The position numbers were made by a program, and so were the translations under genes. 64,000 bases of DNA from assembly GCA_030390025.1 (NCBI GenBank), contig CM059433.1:15936001-16000000 (forward strand). Reading direction: 5' to 3'. Positions 39,365 through 52,276 of the stretch are shown in pieces. The first letter of the stretch is position 1, and each line of letters opens with the position of its first letter. The notes beneath the pieces were generated by a model, which saw nothing but the letters and a program-made list of their open reading frames with translations, did not search any database and was not told the origin of the DNA. The DNA is from Squalus acanthias (lineage: Eukaryota).

Positions 39365-40287
39365 GACTATAGCAAGTGGTCTGACCAGAACCCTTGAAGT
39401 CAGAACCAAGGCCTTCTCCACTTGCAGCACTGCTCCCTGTCACCTCACCAACTTTAAACAACTCTAGAAATCTCCACACAGTTCTACAAACTTAGCAGAG
39501 CCAGTAGAAACTAATCAGCAATAACCTTAGAGTGGTTGCTGATCCCTTTAAATATCACTGGGGAGACAGGGTGGGCCCTTGTTGCTGTTGAACGTATGTT
39601 CAGCTGGGTGAGGTTAAGACAGGGCATTAGTTCCAGCATTGAGGACGAAAATGGCAGCGTTGGCGTCAAATCAGTGTTGCACGCTGATTGACGTCACGAT
39701 CTGCCCACTCAACACACTTCCGGCACACACTCCCAGTGCTGACACTAACGCCTTCACCAAGATGACGACCGGCGCGGCACACATCAGAAGTGCTCGGGCG
39801 TGCCGCAACACTATTTTTGTCACAAAACGGCACCTGTAGTGCCAAAAAATCGGGCACTACGGAGCCGAATTTTTCGCTCAAGAACTCTTGGGAACAGGAA
39901 AGGGCCATAAGGCCCAAAACGCCCATTCCTTTCTCATACATCAAATCTACCTGCTTCCATTGTCGCCATATTCCTCAATACCTTCTCTCTCCAAAACTAC
40001 ATCTAAGCTCCAAAACTGCAAGACTACACTCTGCTCGATGAGTACAAAAGTTGGAGAATCAACCACGGTTGCACAGTATTCTCAACATTAAGGTCAATGG
40101 CCAAAAAATTGGTACAAACCAGTCTCATGGACTTTCATGCTCGATTCTTTCGTCTGCACTCCTGTCGAGCAGGACTCCACAGCAGCAGCAGAGCCTCGCA
40201 GATTCAGAGCCCGAGTTGTTTCATAAGCCAATTTATACTGTCCACTTCAGCAGTCTTCCCGAGTAACTTGTTTCACAAGTCTATTAA

Positions 40288-40494
40288 GTAGAATTCTTCA
40301 AGGCCTCACGCCACCGGTAGGACCTTGCGCACATGAATAACTTATCGGAAAATCACGGGCACATTGCCGGAGATTTTCCACCTAGTAATGTAAATGGATG
40401 GAAAATCATTGGTCGTGCACCTGTGGCTTTCCAATAATTAGCACACTGTGTGCAAGGCCTCGTCAGTGGAGTGAAGCCGTGGAAAATTCTGCCC
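40288..40494. mobile_element. Imperfect palindromic MITE
   Basis: gtagaattct / aaaattctgccc ends; ccttgcgcaca / tgtgtgcaagg and gattttcca / tggaaaatc inverted pairs. Confidence 0.65.
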
Positions 40495-41534
40495 TATTAT
40501 TCTTTTAGATGAAAAAGTTCAAACTGACTTTCATTCTTATTTCTTATTTCCTGTTTTTAACATGCGTTCTCTGGTGTTTGAGCTCTTCAGCATAGTGAGC
40601 AGTTTGCCTCGATCGATGTTGTTAATGTGATGAGGCACAGTGTGCAAAGCTGACTCTTGCAGAGAATAACCTTCGCACTGTGACATACCTCATAGCAACT
40701 GGTTTCAGAGCAGTACTGCATCTGACTGCTGCCTTGATTGAGAATGGTACCTCACATACAGAGGAGAGAGAGAGTCTTATCCTCAAAATGAAATAAAACA
40801 AATATCTGTTTCACAAATAGATTGCAGAATATTATTATGCTGAGACATTAGTAATCCTGTTCGGAGCTTTAGTACAAAATAAACAGAATTTAAACTATTG
40901 AAAAAAGAGTTGTCTTGCCAAGCTGGAATTTGAAATCCTTTTTGTCTACTGATGTGTTTTCTTATGTGCAACTGAAAACCAGTAACATTAATGAATTCCC
41001 CTTAGAGTTATAGCATCAAAGTCAGGCTTACTGAGTTCCTGCCTAATGGATCTTGCTACACAAAATGGACTTGCAGGGTTTTATTTATCCCACTGGGGAA
41101 TGTTGCTGGGTTATAATCATTTATTCTTTCCATTCTTATCTATTATTTACTTGGTGAAGCATTCCTGCTACCGTTTTCTGAAAATGGTTGAATATTCCGG
41201 GCATCATGTTAAGGAATGGTGGTAAGACTTTATTGAAGCTTTTCCAACAGAACCAAATTTTTTTTCCGCAAAGTAATATGCATTAAAACAATCAGAAAGC
41301 TTCCCCTTTCTTACAGTATAATTGGCATTGTACAATGTAGTATAAAGTAAATGATACTGTAGCTTATTAGGAAGCAGGCTTTGCTAAGAAGTTAAGAATC
41401 ATAAATGGTCTTCTGAAAAATATTTCACAGATGCTACTGCATTTGTGATTTTAAAAAGGTATTAATAATTGGAGTATATTGGTCCTATAATTAACAGGCA
41501 TCATTAGTGACAAGTAAAATATCAATTTCAATTG

Positions 41535-42008
41535 AAAAAGAAAGAAAGACTTGCATTTATATAGCGCCTTTCACGACCACCAGACGTCTCAAAGCTCTTT
41601 ACAGCCAATGAAGTACTTTTTGAGTGTAGCCACTGTTGTAATGTGGGAAACGCGGTAGCCAATTTGCGCACAGCAAGCTCCCACAAACAGCAATGTGATA
41701 ATGACCAGATAATCTGTTTTTGTTAAGTTGCTTGAGGGATAAATGTTGGCCAGGACACCGGGGAGAACTCCCCCTGCTCTTCTTCGAAACAGTGCCATGG
41801 GATCTTCTACATCCACCTGAGAGAGCAGACGGGGCCTCAGTTTAATGTCTCATCCGAAAGACAGCACCTCTGACAGTGCAGCACTCCCTCAGCACTGCAC
41901 TGGAGTGTCAGCCTAGCTTTATGTGCTCAAGTTCCTGGAGTGGGACTTGAACCCACAACCTTCTGACTCAGAGGCGAGAGTGCTACCAACTGAGCCACAG
42001 CTGACACC
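41535..42008 (-). mobile_element. SacSINE1/DeuSINE-like SINE, full length
   Basis: Head gtgtcagctgtggctcagttggtagca..ggttcaagtcc; tail gcgctatataaatgcaagtc(tttc)n. Confidence 0.9.
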
Positions 42009-42853
42009 AGCCTGTTAGTAGAGAAGAATTCAATTTTCAGAATGTTCGTGCTTCTGAATTGTTCGTCTCCCTAAACAAGCATAAATTACTGTAAAGCATT
42101 AGCATATATATATTGTTTTAAACATTTATGTTAAAACTAAACTGTGGCTGAGCTGCTGTTTTCCTTTCTGTCAGCAAAATATTGCACTCATTTCTCTGAA
42201 ACCCCACAAGAGATTGTTTAAATGAAAGTCCAGATATTTTCCTGAATAATCAATTTAAATTTATTTCAGTTGGGATCTTAAATAAATTGAAAATGTCGAT
42301 TAGTGTCGCTGTCAGTTTTAAGAAAGTCTTTTGAAATGGAATTATTGTGCAGCTAGGGTTCAAAACCAACAATATAGCATCTGCTTAATAATGCACACAT
42401 TACATCTGTACTTGAATAAACACATTACTGAAGCATCATCAAAACTATCAACATAGGTATCATCGTGTGTGTATTATTGGCATACTAGGCTCAACTTTCG
42501 ACAAAACACATGAATGGAGCTTTAACACAACCCAACTTCGTACTAGTCTCCTGCCCATTACAATCTCCAGGCATGGAGAAGCCAAGTTTTCCATCACCTA
42601 ACCGCTAACTGTTGATGTATCTCATCTTCTGTCATATTTTGTGGTGTCCTACAGTGTGGCTCTTGGCCCTTCACCCAGGATACTCAATAAAAAACAAACA
42701 AGTTTGAAGCTTTAGCATTTAAATTCACAAATGTTGCAATGCAAAACCACAGGCAGATGTATCTGCTATTTCATCACTAACATTGCTACATTTGTCAATA
42801 TTTGACGACTGATTGGAAAACCAGTTCCAAAGTTAGTACTTGTAGACACAGCA

Positions 42854-42979
42854 GGGGTAGGTTTCACTTGGTCCGATAGTGTAAAACAGGAGTTAGAGAA
42901 TCGGCAGCCCATTTTACTTCTCTCCAAATCCTGTTGAAAAACCTGTTTTATACTATCACACCAAGTCAAAATTACCCCC
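42854..42979. mobile_element. Short hairpin MITE (family of 25179-25332)
   Basis: ggggtaggtttcacttgg..atagtgtaaaacagg / cctgtttttatactat..ccaagtcaaaattacccc. Confidence 0.7.
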
Positions 42980-43293
42980 AAGAATGTCCCTTTCAGTTAA
43001 TACACTGCTGGTTAATGTTTAAATGGCTCAAATCTGTTTGTGACTCCGATGATGTTTGCTACTTTGAATTTGTAATCCATTAAATTATCATGTTTCATCC
43101 AAAAAGTACTTGCTGACACTTCCTCCTTTATTGCCAACAAAAAAATATTTTACCTGCTGTTAAGATATCTTAAATTAAAACAGCATGCAGAATTAAAGGA
43201 GGCAATACATTTGCGGATAGTGATAAAATAGCAGGTACTATTAGCATAGGATTATCAACAGAGCTTACCAATACTGTGCCAGTCATAAATATA

Positions 43294-45110
43294 TTTTTTT
43301 TATTCGTTTATGGGATCAGGGCGTCGCTGGCAAGGCCAGCATTTATTGCCCATCCCTCGTTACCCTTGAGAAGGTGGTGGTGAGCCGCCTTCTTGAACCG
43401 CTGCAGTCCGTGTGGTGAAGGTACTCCCACAGTGCTGTCAGGGAGGGAGTTCCAGGATTTTGACCCAGCGACAATGAAGGATCGGCGATATACTTCTAAG
43501 TCAGGATGGTGTGTGACTTGGAGGGGAACTTGGAGGTGGTGTTGTTCCCATGCGCCTGCTGCCCTTGTCCTTCTAGGTGGAAGAGGTTGCGGGTTTGGGA
43601 GGTGCTGCCGAAGAAGCCTTGGCGAGTTGCTGCAGTGCATCTTGTAGATGGTACACACTGCAGCCACGGTATGCCGGTTGTGGAGGGAGTGAATATTTAA
43701 GGTGGTGGATGAGGTGCCAATCAAGCGGGCTGCTTTGTCCTGGATGGTGTCGAGCTTCTTGAGTGTTGTTGGAGCTGCACTCATCCAGGCAAGTGGAGAG
43801 TATTCTATCACACTCCTGACTTGTGCCTTGTAGATGGTGGAAAGACTTTGGGGAGTCAGGAGGTGAGACACTCGCCACAGAATTCCTAGCCTCTGACCTG
43901 CTCTTGATGCCACAGTATTTATGTGGCTGGTCCAGTTAAGTTTCTGGTTAATGGTGACCCCCAGGATGTTGATAGTGGGGGATTCGGCTATGGTAATGCC
44001 GTTGAATGTCATGGGGAGGTGGTTCGACTCTCGCTTGTTGGAGATAATCATTGCCTGGCATTTCTGTGGCGCGAATGTTACCTGCCACTTATCAGCCCAA
44101 GCCTGAACGTCGTCCAGGTCTTGTTGCATGCGGGCATGGACTGCTTCATTATCTGTGGAGTTGCGAATGGCGCTGAACACTGTGCAGTCATCAGCGAACA
44201 TCCCCATTTCTGACCTTATGTTGGAGGGAAGGTCATTGATGAAGCAGCTGAAGATGGTTGGGCCTAGGACACTGCCCTGAGGAACTCCTGCAGCGATGAT
44301 GATTGACCTTCAACCACCACAACCATCTTCCTTTGTGCTAGGTATGACTCCAGCCAGTGGAGCGTTTTCCCCCTGATTCCCAATGACTTCAGTTTTACTA
44401 GGACTCCTTGATGCCAGACTCGGTCAAATGCTGCCTTGATGTCAAGGGCAGTCACTCTCACCTCACCTCTGGAATTCAGCTCCTTTGTCCATGTTTGGAC
44501 CAAGGCTGTAATGAGGGCAGAACTCAAACTGGGCATCAGTGAGCAGGTGTCGCTTGATAGCACTGTCGATGACACCTTCCATCACTTTGCTGATGATTGA
44601 AAGTAGACTGATGGGGCGGTAGTTGGCTGGGTTGGATTTGTCCTGTTTTTTGTGGACAGGACATACCTGGGCAGTTTTCCACATTGGCAGAAAGATGCCA
44701 GTGTTGTAGCTGTACTGGAACAGTTTGGCTAAAGGCGCGGCTAGTTCTGCAGCACAAGTCTTCAGCACGATAGCCGGGATGTTGTCGGGACCCATAGCCT
44801 TTAGCTGTAACCAGTGCGCTTAGCCGTTTTTTGATATCACATGGAGTGAATCGAATTGGCTGAAGACTGGTTTCTGTGATGGTGGGAACCTCGGGAGCAG
44901 GCCGATATGGATCATCCACTCGGCACTCCTGGCTGAAGTTGGTTGCAAACGCTTCAGCCTTGTCTTTTGCACTCACGTGCTGGGCTCCACCATCATTGAG
45001 GATGGGGATATTCTTGGAGCCTCCTCCTCCCGTTAGTTGTTTAATGGTCCACCACCATTCACGACTGGATGTGGCAGGACTACAGAGCATTGATCTGATC
45101 CATTGATCGT
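43294..45110 (-). mobile_element. 5'-truncated CR1-group LINE with RT domain
   Basis: GPDNIP, NYRPISLLS, ALDIKAAFDRVWH, MFADDCT, 299-aa C-terminal ORF, A-rich tail. Confidence 0.93.
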
Positions 45111-45202
45111 GGTGGGATTTGAGCTCACGTCTCACATGGATCATTAGTCCAGGCCTCTGGATTACTAGCCCACTAGCCCAGTGACATTACCACTACGCTA
45201 CC
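45110..45202 (-). mobile_element. tRNA-derived SINE head fragment
   Basis: Minus strand ggtagcgtagtggtaatgtcactgg (A box) ... gagctcaaatccc (B box). Confidence 0.55.
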
Positions 45203-45999
45203 ATATTGAGGCACTACCAGTTCGATAAACAACTGCACATTGGCATTGATCATCAGAATCCTATAAACCAATAAAAAAATACACTGCAACATGGTGCAAT
45301 ATGAGAAGCCACTGCTGTGAGAATGCCATTCTGAAGGAAGCCTTGGGTCCTATAGAAAGGGCTCCGTGTTCAGCATTCAGAACCATGCTTGGCACTGTCT
45401 TAAGGGCTTTCTGATGTTTTATGCAATTCTATAGCTTTTCTTCACTTTTTTTTGTGTCGATTAGAAGGTTAAGTTGCTCATTTTTGAGTAAAATTAGAAA
45501 TCAACAACCAAAGCATCCGATGCAGCTCAATACCCCAGGTATCAGACCATTAATTGTGCATTGCATCACGATGGGTATTCTGACTGAGGTCCTTCACACA
45601 CTGAATCATTCTTAGATTTAGATATTCCTGATTCAAACAATATTTTCTTAACTATTTATATGCCAGAGAAAGGGACAATAGAGCAGACTAATGTAAACCG
45701 TGGAAACATTTACCAGGCTTGATATGTGAAGATCATTGAGGCTCTAATATCCAATGCCTTAAAGGTCACCACTTCACATGGGGGTCACCAAATTGGCTCA
45801 TCATCTTTTGCACAATGATGTTTTCCGAACACCAGTAGTCCAGGGACATATCAGCCACAGGAATGACACTGCCACCATCATCAGTATTCCACAGGCTGCT
45901 GAGGAAGATATGATGGTTGAGCCCCAGCTGTAGCCCACCATCCTACCCCCCGCTCCACCAACACCCCACCCCCACCCCGTACCTTACTGCCATCATGCC

Positions 46000-46094
46000 T
46001 GAGATCAGTTAACCCGGACAAGGCTTGGAGTGAATCCTGGGACCTCCTGGTCCAATTACACATCGGTATTACCAACTGAGGCATCGAGGGAGCC
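46000..46094 (-). mobile_element. LF-SINE-like 5' head
   Basis: Minus strand ggctccctcgatgcctcagttggtaa..gaccaggaggtcccaggattcactcc..gttaactgatctcag. Confidence 0.65.
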
Positions 46095-46869
46095 GTGTTC
46101 TTGATTTTGATGAGTTAATTGCCATCTTCATATTGTTCCAGTAGTGATGAGAATTACTGTAACATTAGAAACATGGGACAGGAAAATATGCCTTTAAAAA
46201 TGTAGGACCATAGTTCTTTTTTCCTATTTACCAGTAAAGTGCCTGTGGCATTGCTCATAGTCAGCTGATGCATATAAGGTTGTTCATGCAAGATGGTGAC
46301 AGAGTTGGGAAAGATAATTCAGAAACACAGAGCCATGCGATGGCCAGAGTCTTTAACCGCATCATGATAGCTGACATTGCAAAGATAGGAAATGTTGAGA
46401 TCGCAACTTACAGTTGTAAATGATGACAAAAAAGCATGACCCCGCCCCCTTCTCCTACCTTCCTATTTGTTTCCATCAAAGAAGCTTTGTTACCTTTCAA
46501 AACACAACTTATTTTTTAAAGTGAAATCACATAATAATAATATGCAAAGAAACTACTTGTCTGCTTTTCTCTGAATGTGTGTCTTTCTCTCTCGCTCTCT
46601 CCCCCTCTGTCTCATAGATGTTAGAAACTAGAATCTCAGTCTGACAAGTGCCAGGCATTAGCATTGACCCTGTACTGCACAGAACACAGGTGAGGTCATT
46701 AGTTGGCTTCAAAATTCAACTGGAACTTCTTTTTTAAAATTGATGTAACATTACATGAAGAAAGATACACTCTATCTCTCTATCTTTCCATGACCCCAGT
46801 CTCTGTCTGACATGCGCATATACCATTCCTCTTTCTGGCTCTGTCCCTCTCTGAATCCAATCTTCATTT

Positions 46870-49800
46870 CACCCCTTTCTCCCTCACCCCTCTCTCTCAC
46901 TCAAATCTCTCTCCCTCTTTTCCAACCCTAGTCTCTCTATCTCTTTCTCTTTCTCCCCTGACCCCAGTCTCTCTCTCACCCCAGTCTCTCTCTCACCCCG
47001 CTATCTCTCTTTACCGTCCCTGTCTCTCTCATGACCCATTCTCTATCTGTCTGTCGCTCATTCCCCTGACCCCAGTCTCTCTCTCACACCCTTCTCTCTC
47101 ACACCCCTCTCTCTCTCTCACACCCTCTCTCTCTCTCACACACCCCTCTCTCTCTCACACCACTCTCTCTCTCACACACCCTTCTCACTCTCATACCCCT
47201 CTCACTCTCACACCCTTCTCTCTCTCTCACACCCCTCTCACTCTCACACCCCTCTCTCTCACACACCCTCTCTCTCTCACACCCCTCTCACTCTCACACC
47301 CCTCTCTCTCACACACCCTCTCACTCTCACACCCTCTCACTCTCACACCCCTCTCACTCGCACACCCTTCTCTCTCTCTCACACCTCTCTCACTCTCACA
47401 CCCTTCTCTCTCTCACACCCCTCTCTCTCACACACCCTCTCACTCTCACACCCCTCTCTTTCTCACACCCTTCTCTCTCTCACACCCCTCTCTTTCTCAC
47501 ACCCTTCTCTCTCTCACACCACTCTCTCTCTCACACACCCTCTCACTCTCACACCTCTCTCACACACCCTTCTCTCTCTCACACCCCTCTCTCACACACC
47601 CCTCTCTCTCACACCCCTCTCTCTCTCACACCCCTCTCTCTCTCACACCCCTCTCTCTCTCACACCCCTCTCTCTCACACCCCTCTCTCTCACACACCCC
47701 TCTCTCTCTCACACCCCTCTCTCTCACACCCCTCTCTCTCACACACCCCTCTCTCTCACACCCCTCTCTCTCACACACCTCTCTCTCACACCCCTCTCTC
47801 TCACACCCCTCTCTCTCTCACACCCCTCTCTCTCTCACACCCCTCTCTCTCACACCCCTCTCTCTCTCACACCCCTCTCTCTCACACACCTCTCTCTCAC
47901 ACCCCTCTCTCTCACACCCCTCTCTCTCTCACACCCCTCTCTCTCTCACACCCCTCTCTCTCTCACACCCCTCTCTCTCACACACCTCTCTCTCACACCC
48001 CTCTCTCTCACACACCTCTCTCTCACACCCCTCTCTCTCACACCCCTCTCTCTCACACCCCTCTCTCTCTCACACCCCTCTCTCTCTCACACCCCTCTCT
48101 CTCTCACACCCCTCTCTCTCACACACCTCTCTCTCACACCCCTCTCTCTCACACACCTCTCTCTCACACCCCTCTCTCTCACACCCCTCTCTCACACACC
48201 CCTCTCTCTCACAACCCTCTCACTCTCACACCCCTCTCTCTCTCACACCCTCTCACTCTCAGCCCTTCTCTCTCTCTCACACCCCTCTCTCTCACACCCC
48301 TCTCTCTCACACACCCTCTCACTCTCAGCCCTTCTCTCTCTCTCACACCTCTCTCTCTCTCACACCCCTCTCACTCTCACACCCTTCTCTCTCTCTCACA
48401 CCCCTCTCACTCTCACACCCCTCTCTCACACACCCTTCTCTCTCTCACAAACCTCTCACTCTCACACCCTTCTCTCTCTCTCACACCTCTCTCTCTCTCA
48501 AACCCCTCTCACTCACACCCCTCTCTCTCACACACCCCTCTCTCTCACACACCTCTCTCTCTCACACCCCTCTCACTCTCACACCCTTCTCTTTCACATA
48601 CCCCTCTCACTCTCACACCCCTCTCTCTCACCACCCTCTCACTCTCACACCCTCTCACTCTCACACCCCTCTCACTCGCACACCCTTCTCTCTCTCTCAC
48701 ACTTCTCTCACTCTCACACCCTTCTCTCTCTCACACCCCTCTCTCTCACACACCCTCTCACTCTCACACCCCTCTCTTTCTCACACCCTTCTCTCTCTCA
48801 CACCCCTCTCTTTCTCACACCCTTCTCTCTCTCACACCACTCTCTCTCTCACACACCATCTCACTCTCACACCTCTCTCACACACCCTTCTCTCTCTCAC
48901 ACCCCTCTCTCACACACCCCTCTCTCTCACACCCCTCTCTCTCTCACACCCCTCTCTCTCACACCCCTCTCTCTCACACCCCTCTCTCTCTCACACCCCT
49001 CTCTCTCACACCCCTCTCTCTCACACACCCCTCTCTCTCACACCCCTCTCTCTCTCACACCCCTCTCTCTCTCACACCCCTCTCTCTCACACCCCTCTCT
49101 CTCACACACCTCTCTCTCACACCCCTCTCTCTCACACCCCTCTCTCTCACACACCCTCTCTCTCACACACCCTCTCTCTCACACACCCCTCTCTCTCACA
49201 CCCCTCTCACTCTCACACCCCTCTCTCTCTCACACCCTCTCACTCTCAGCCCTTCTCTCTCTCTCACACCCCTCTCTCTCACACCCCTCTCTCTCACACA
49301 CCCTCTCACTCTCAGCCCTTCTCTCTCTCTCACACCTCTCTCTCTCACACCCCTCTCACTCTCACACCCCTCTCTCACACACCCTTCTCTCTCTCACACA
49401 CCCTCTCACTCTCACACCCTTCTCTCTCTCTCACACCTCTCTCTCTCTCACACCCCTCTCACTCTCACACCCCTCTCTCTCACACACCCCTCTCTCTCAC
49501 ACCCCTCTCTCACACACCCCTCTCTCTCTCACACCCTCTCACTCTCACACCCTTCTCTCTCTCTCACACCCTCTCTCTCACACACCCCTCTCTCTCACAC
49601 CCCTCTCACTCTCACACCCCTCTCTCTCTCACACCCTCTCACTCTCACACCCTTCTCTCTCTCTCACACCTCTCTCTCTCTCACACACTCTCTCTCTCAC
49701 ACCCCTCTCTCTCTCACACCCCTCTCTCTCTCACACCCCTCTCTCTCACACCCCTCTCTCTCACACACCCCTCTCTCTCACACCCCTCTCTCTCTCACAC

Positions 49801-52225
49801 CCCCTCTCTCTCACACCCCCTCTCTCTCACACCCTCTCTCTCACACACCCCTCTCTCTCACACCCCTCTCTCTCACACACCTCTCTCTCACACCCCTCTC
49901 TCTCACACCCCTCTCTCTCACACACCTCTCTCTCTCACACCCCTCTCTCTCACACACCCCTCTCTCTCACACCCCTCCCTCTCACACACCTCTCTCTCAC
50001 ACCCCTCTCTCTCACACCCCTCTCTCTCACACACCCTCTCTCTCACACACCCCTCTCTCTCACACCCCTCTCACTCTCACACCCCTCTCTCTCTCACACC
50101 CTCTCACTCTCAGCCCTTCTCTCTCTCTCACACCCCTCTCTCTCACACACCCTCTCACTCTCAGCCCTTCTCTCTCTCTCACACCTCTCTCTCTCTCACA
50201 CCCCTCTCACTCTCACACCCCTCTCTCACACACCCTTCTCTCTCTCACACACCCTCTCACTCTCACACCCTTCTCTCTCTCTCACACCTCTCTCTCTCTC
50301 ACACCCTCTCACTCTCACACCCCCTCTCTCACACACCCCTCTCTCTCACACACCCTCTCTCTCTCACACCCCTCTCACTCTCACACCCTTCTCTTTCACA
50401 TACCCCTCTCACTCTCACACCCCTCTCTCTCACACACCCTCTCACTCTCACACCCTCTCACTCTCACACCCCTCTCACTCGCACACCCTTCTCTCTCTCT
50501 CACACTTCTCTCACTCTCACACCCTTCTCTCTCTCACACCCCTCTCTCTCACACACCCTCTCACTCTCACACCCCTCTCTTTCTCACACCCTTCTCTCTC
50601 TCACACCCCTCTCTCTCACACACCCTCTCACTCTCACACCCCTCTCTTCTCACACCCTTCTCTCTCTCACACCCCTCTCTTTCTCACACCCTTCTCTCTC
50701 TCACACCACTCTCTCTCTCACACACCCTTCACTCTCAACCTCTCCTCACACACCCTTCTCTCTCTCACACCCTCTCTCACACACCCCTCTCTCTCACACC
50801 CCTCTCTCTCTCACACCCCTCTCTCTCTCACACCTCTCTCCACAACCCTTCTCTCTCTCACACCCCTCTCTCACACACCCCTCTCTCACACACCCCTCTC
50901 TCTCACACCCCTCTCTCTCTCACACCCCTCTCTCTCTCACACCCTCTCTCTCACACCCCTCTCTCTCACACACCCCTCTCTCTCACACCCCTCTCTCTCT
51001 CACACCCCTCTCACTCTCACACCCCTCTCTCTCACACCCCTCTCTCTCACACACCCCTCTCTCTCACACCCCTCTCTCTCACACACCTCTCTCTCACACC
51101 CCTCTCTCTCACACCCCTCTCTCTCACACACCCTCTCTCTCACACACCCCTCTCTCTCACACCCCTCTCACTCTCACACCCCTCTCTCTCTCACACCCTC
51201 TCACTCTCAGCCCTTCTCTCTCTCTCACACCCCTCTCTCTCACACCCCTCTCTCTCACACACCCTCTCACTCTCAGCCCTTCTCTCTCTCTCACACCTCT
51301 CTCTCTCTCACACCCCTCTCACTCTCACACCCCTCTCTCACACACCCTTCTCTCTCTCACACACCCTCTCACTCTCACACCCTTCTCTCTCTCTCACACC
51401 TCTCTCTCTCTCACACACCCTCTCACTCTCACACCCTTCTCTCTCTCTCACACCCCTCTCTCACACACCCCTCTCTCTCTCACACCCTCTCACTCTCACA
51501 CCCTTCTCTCTCTCTCACACCCCTCTCTCTCACACACCCCTCTCTCTCACACCCCTCTCACTCTCACACCCCTCTCTCTCTCACACCCTCTCACTCTCAC
51601 ACCCTTCTCTCTCTCTCACACCTCTCTCTCTCTCACACACTCTCTCTCTCACACCCCTCTCTCTCTCACACCCCTCTCACTATCACACCCCTCTCAGTCT
51701 CACACCCTTCTCTCTCTCACACCCCTCTCTCTCACACCCCTCTCTCTCACACCCCTCTCTCTCACACCCCTCTCTCTCACACCCCTCTCTCTCTCACACC
51801 CTTCTCTCTCTCTCACACCTCTCTCTCTCTCACACACACTCTCACTCTCACACCCCTCTCTCTCTCACACCCCTCTCACTCTCACACCCCTCTCAGTCTC
51901 ACACCCTTCTCTCTCTCACACCCCTCTCTCTCACACCCTCTCTCTCACACCCCTCTCTCTCTCATACCCCTCTCACTCTCACACCCTTCTCTCTCTCACA
52001 CCCCTCTCTCTCACACCCCTCTCTCTCACACCCCTCTCTCACACACCCTCTCACTCTCATACCCTTCTCTCTCTCACACCCCTCTCTCACACACCCTTCT
52101 CTCACTCTCACACATTCTCGCTCTCACATCCCTTTCTCTCCTACACCCCCCTCTCTCGTTCCTAGTCTCTCTCCCCTGACCCCATTCTCTGTTTCTTTGT
52201 CCGTCCTGTCTCTCTCTCTCTCTGT
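46870..52225. repeat. 5.3-kb compound (CT)n/(CA)n satellite, unit ~16-22 bp (ctctctctcacaccc)
   Basis: Directly visible; almost no G on the + strand. Confidence 0.98.
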
Positions 52226-52276
52226 CTTTCACTTTCTGAAGTTTGTAGAACACGGAACAAAGGCTATCACAACTCT

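Larger units (their letters stand above)
36890..39879 (-). mobile_element. Second PIF/Harbinger transposon, decayed
   Basis: Myb/SANT gene on + and transposase on -, convergent; degenerate TIRs, possible TSD AAG. Confidence 0.88.

Noticed and set aside
40628..40693. miRNA-like hairpin
   Set aside because: Pairing too short and interrupted; no recognised mature sequence.
49196..49378. RERGV-repeat ORF
   Set aside because: Translation of the CT/CA satellite.
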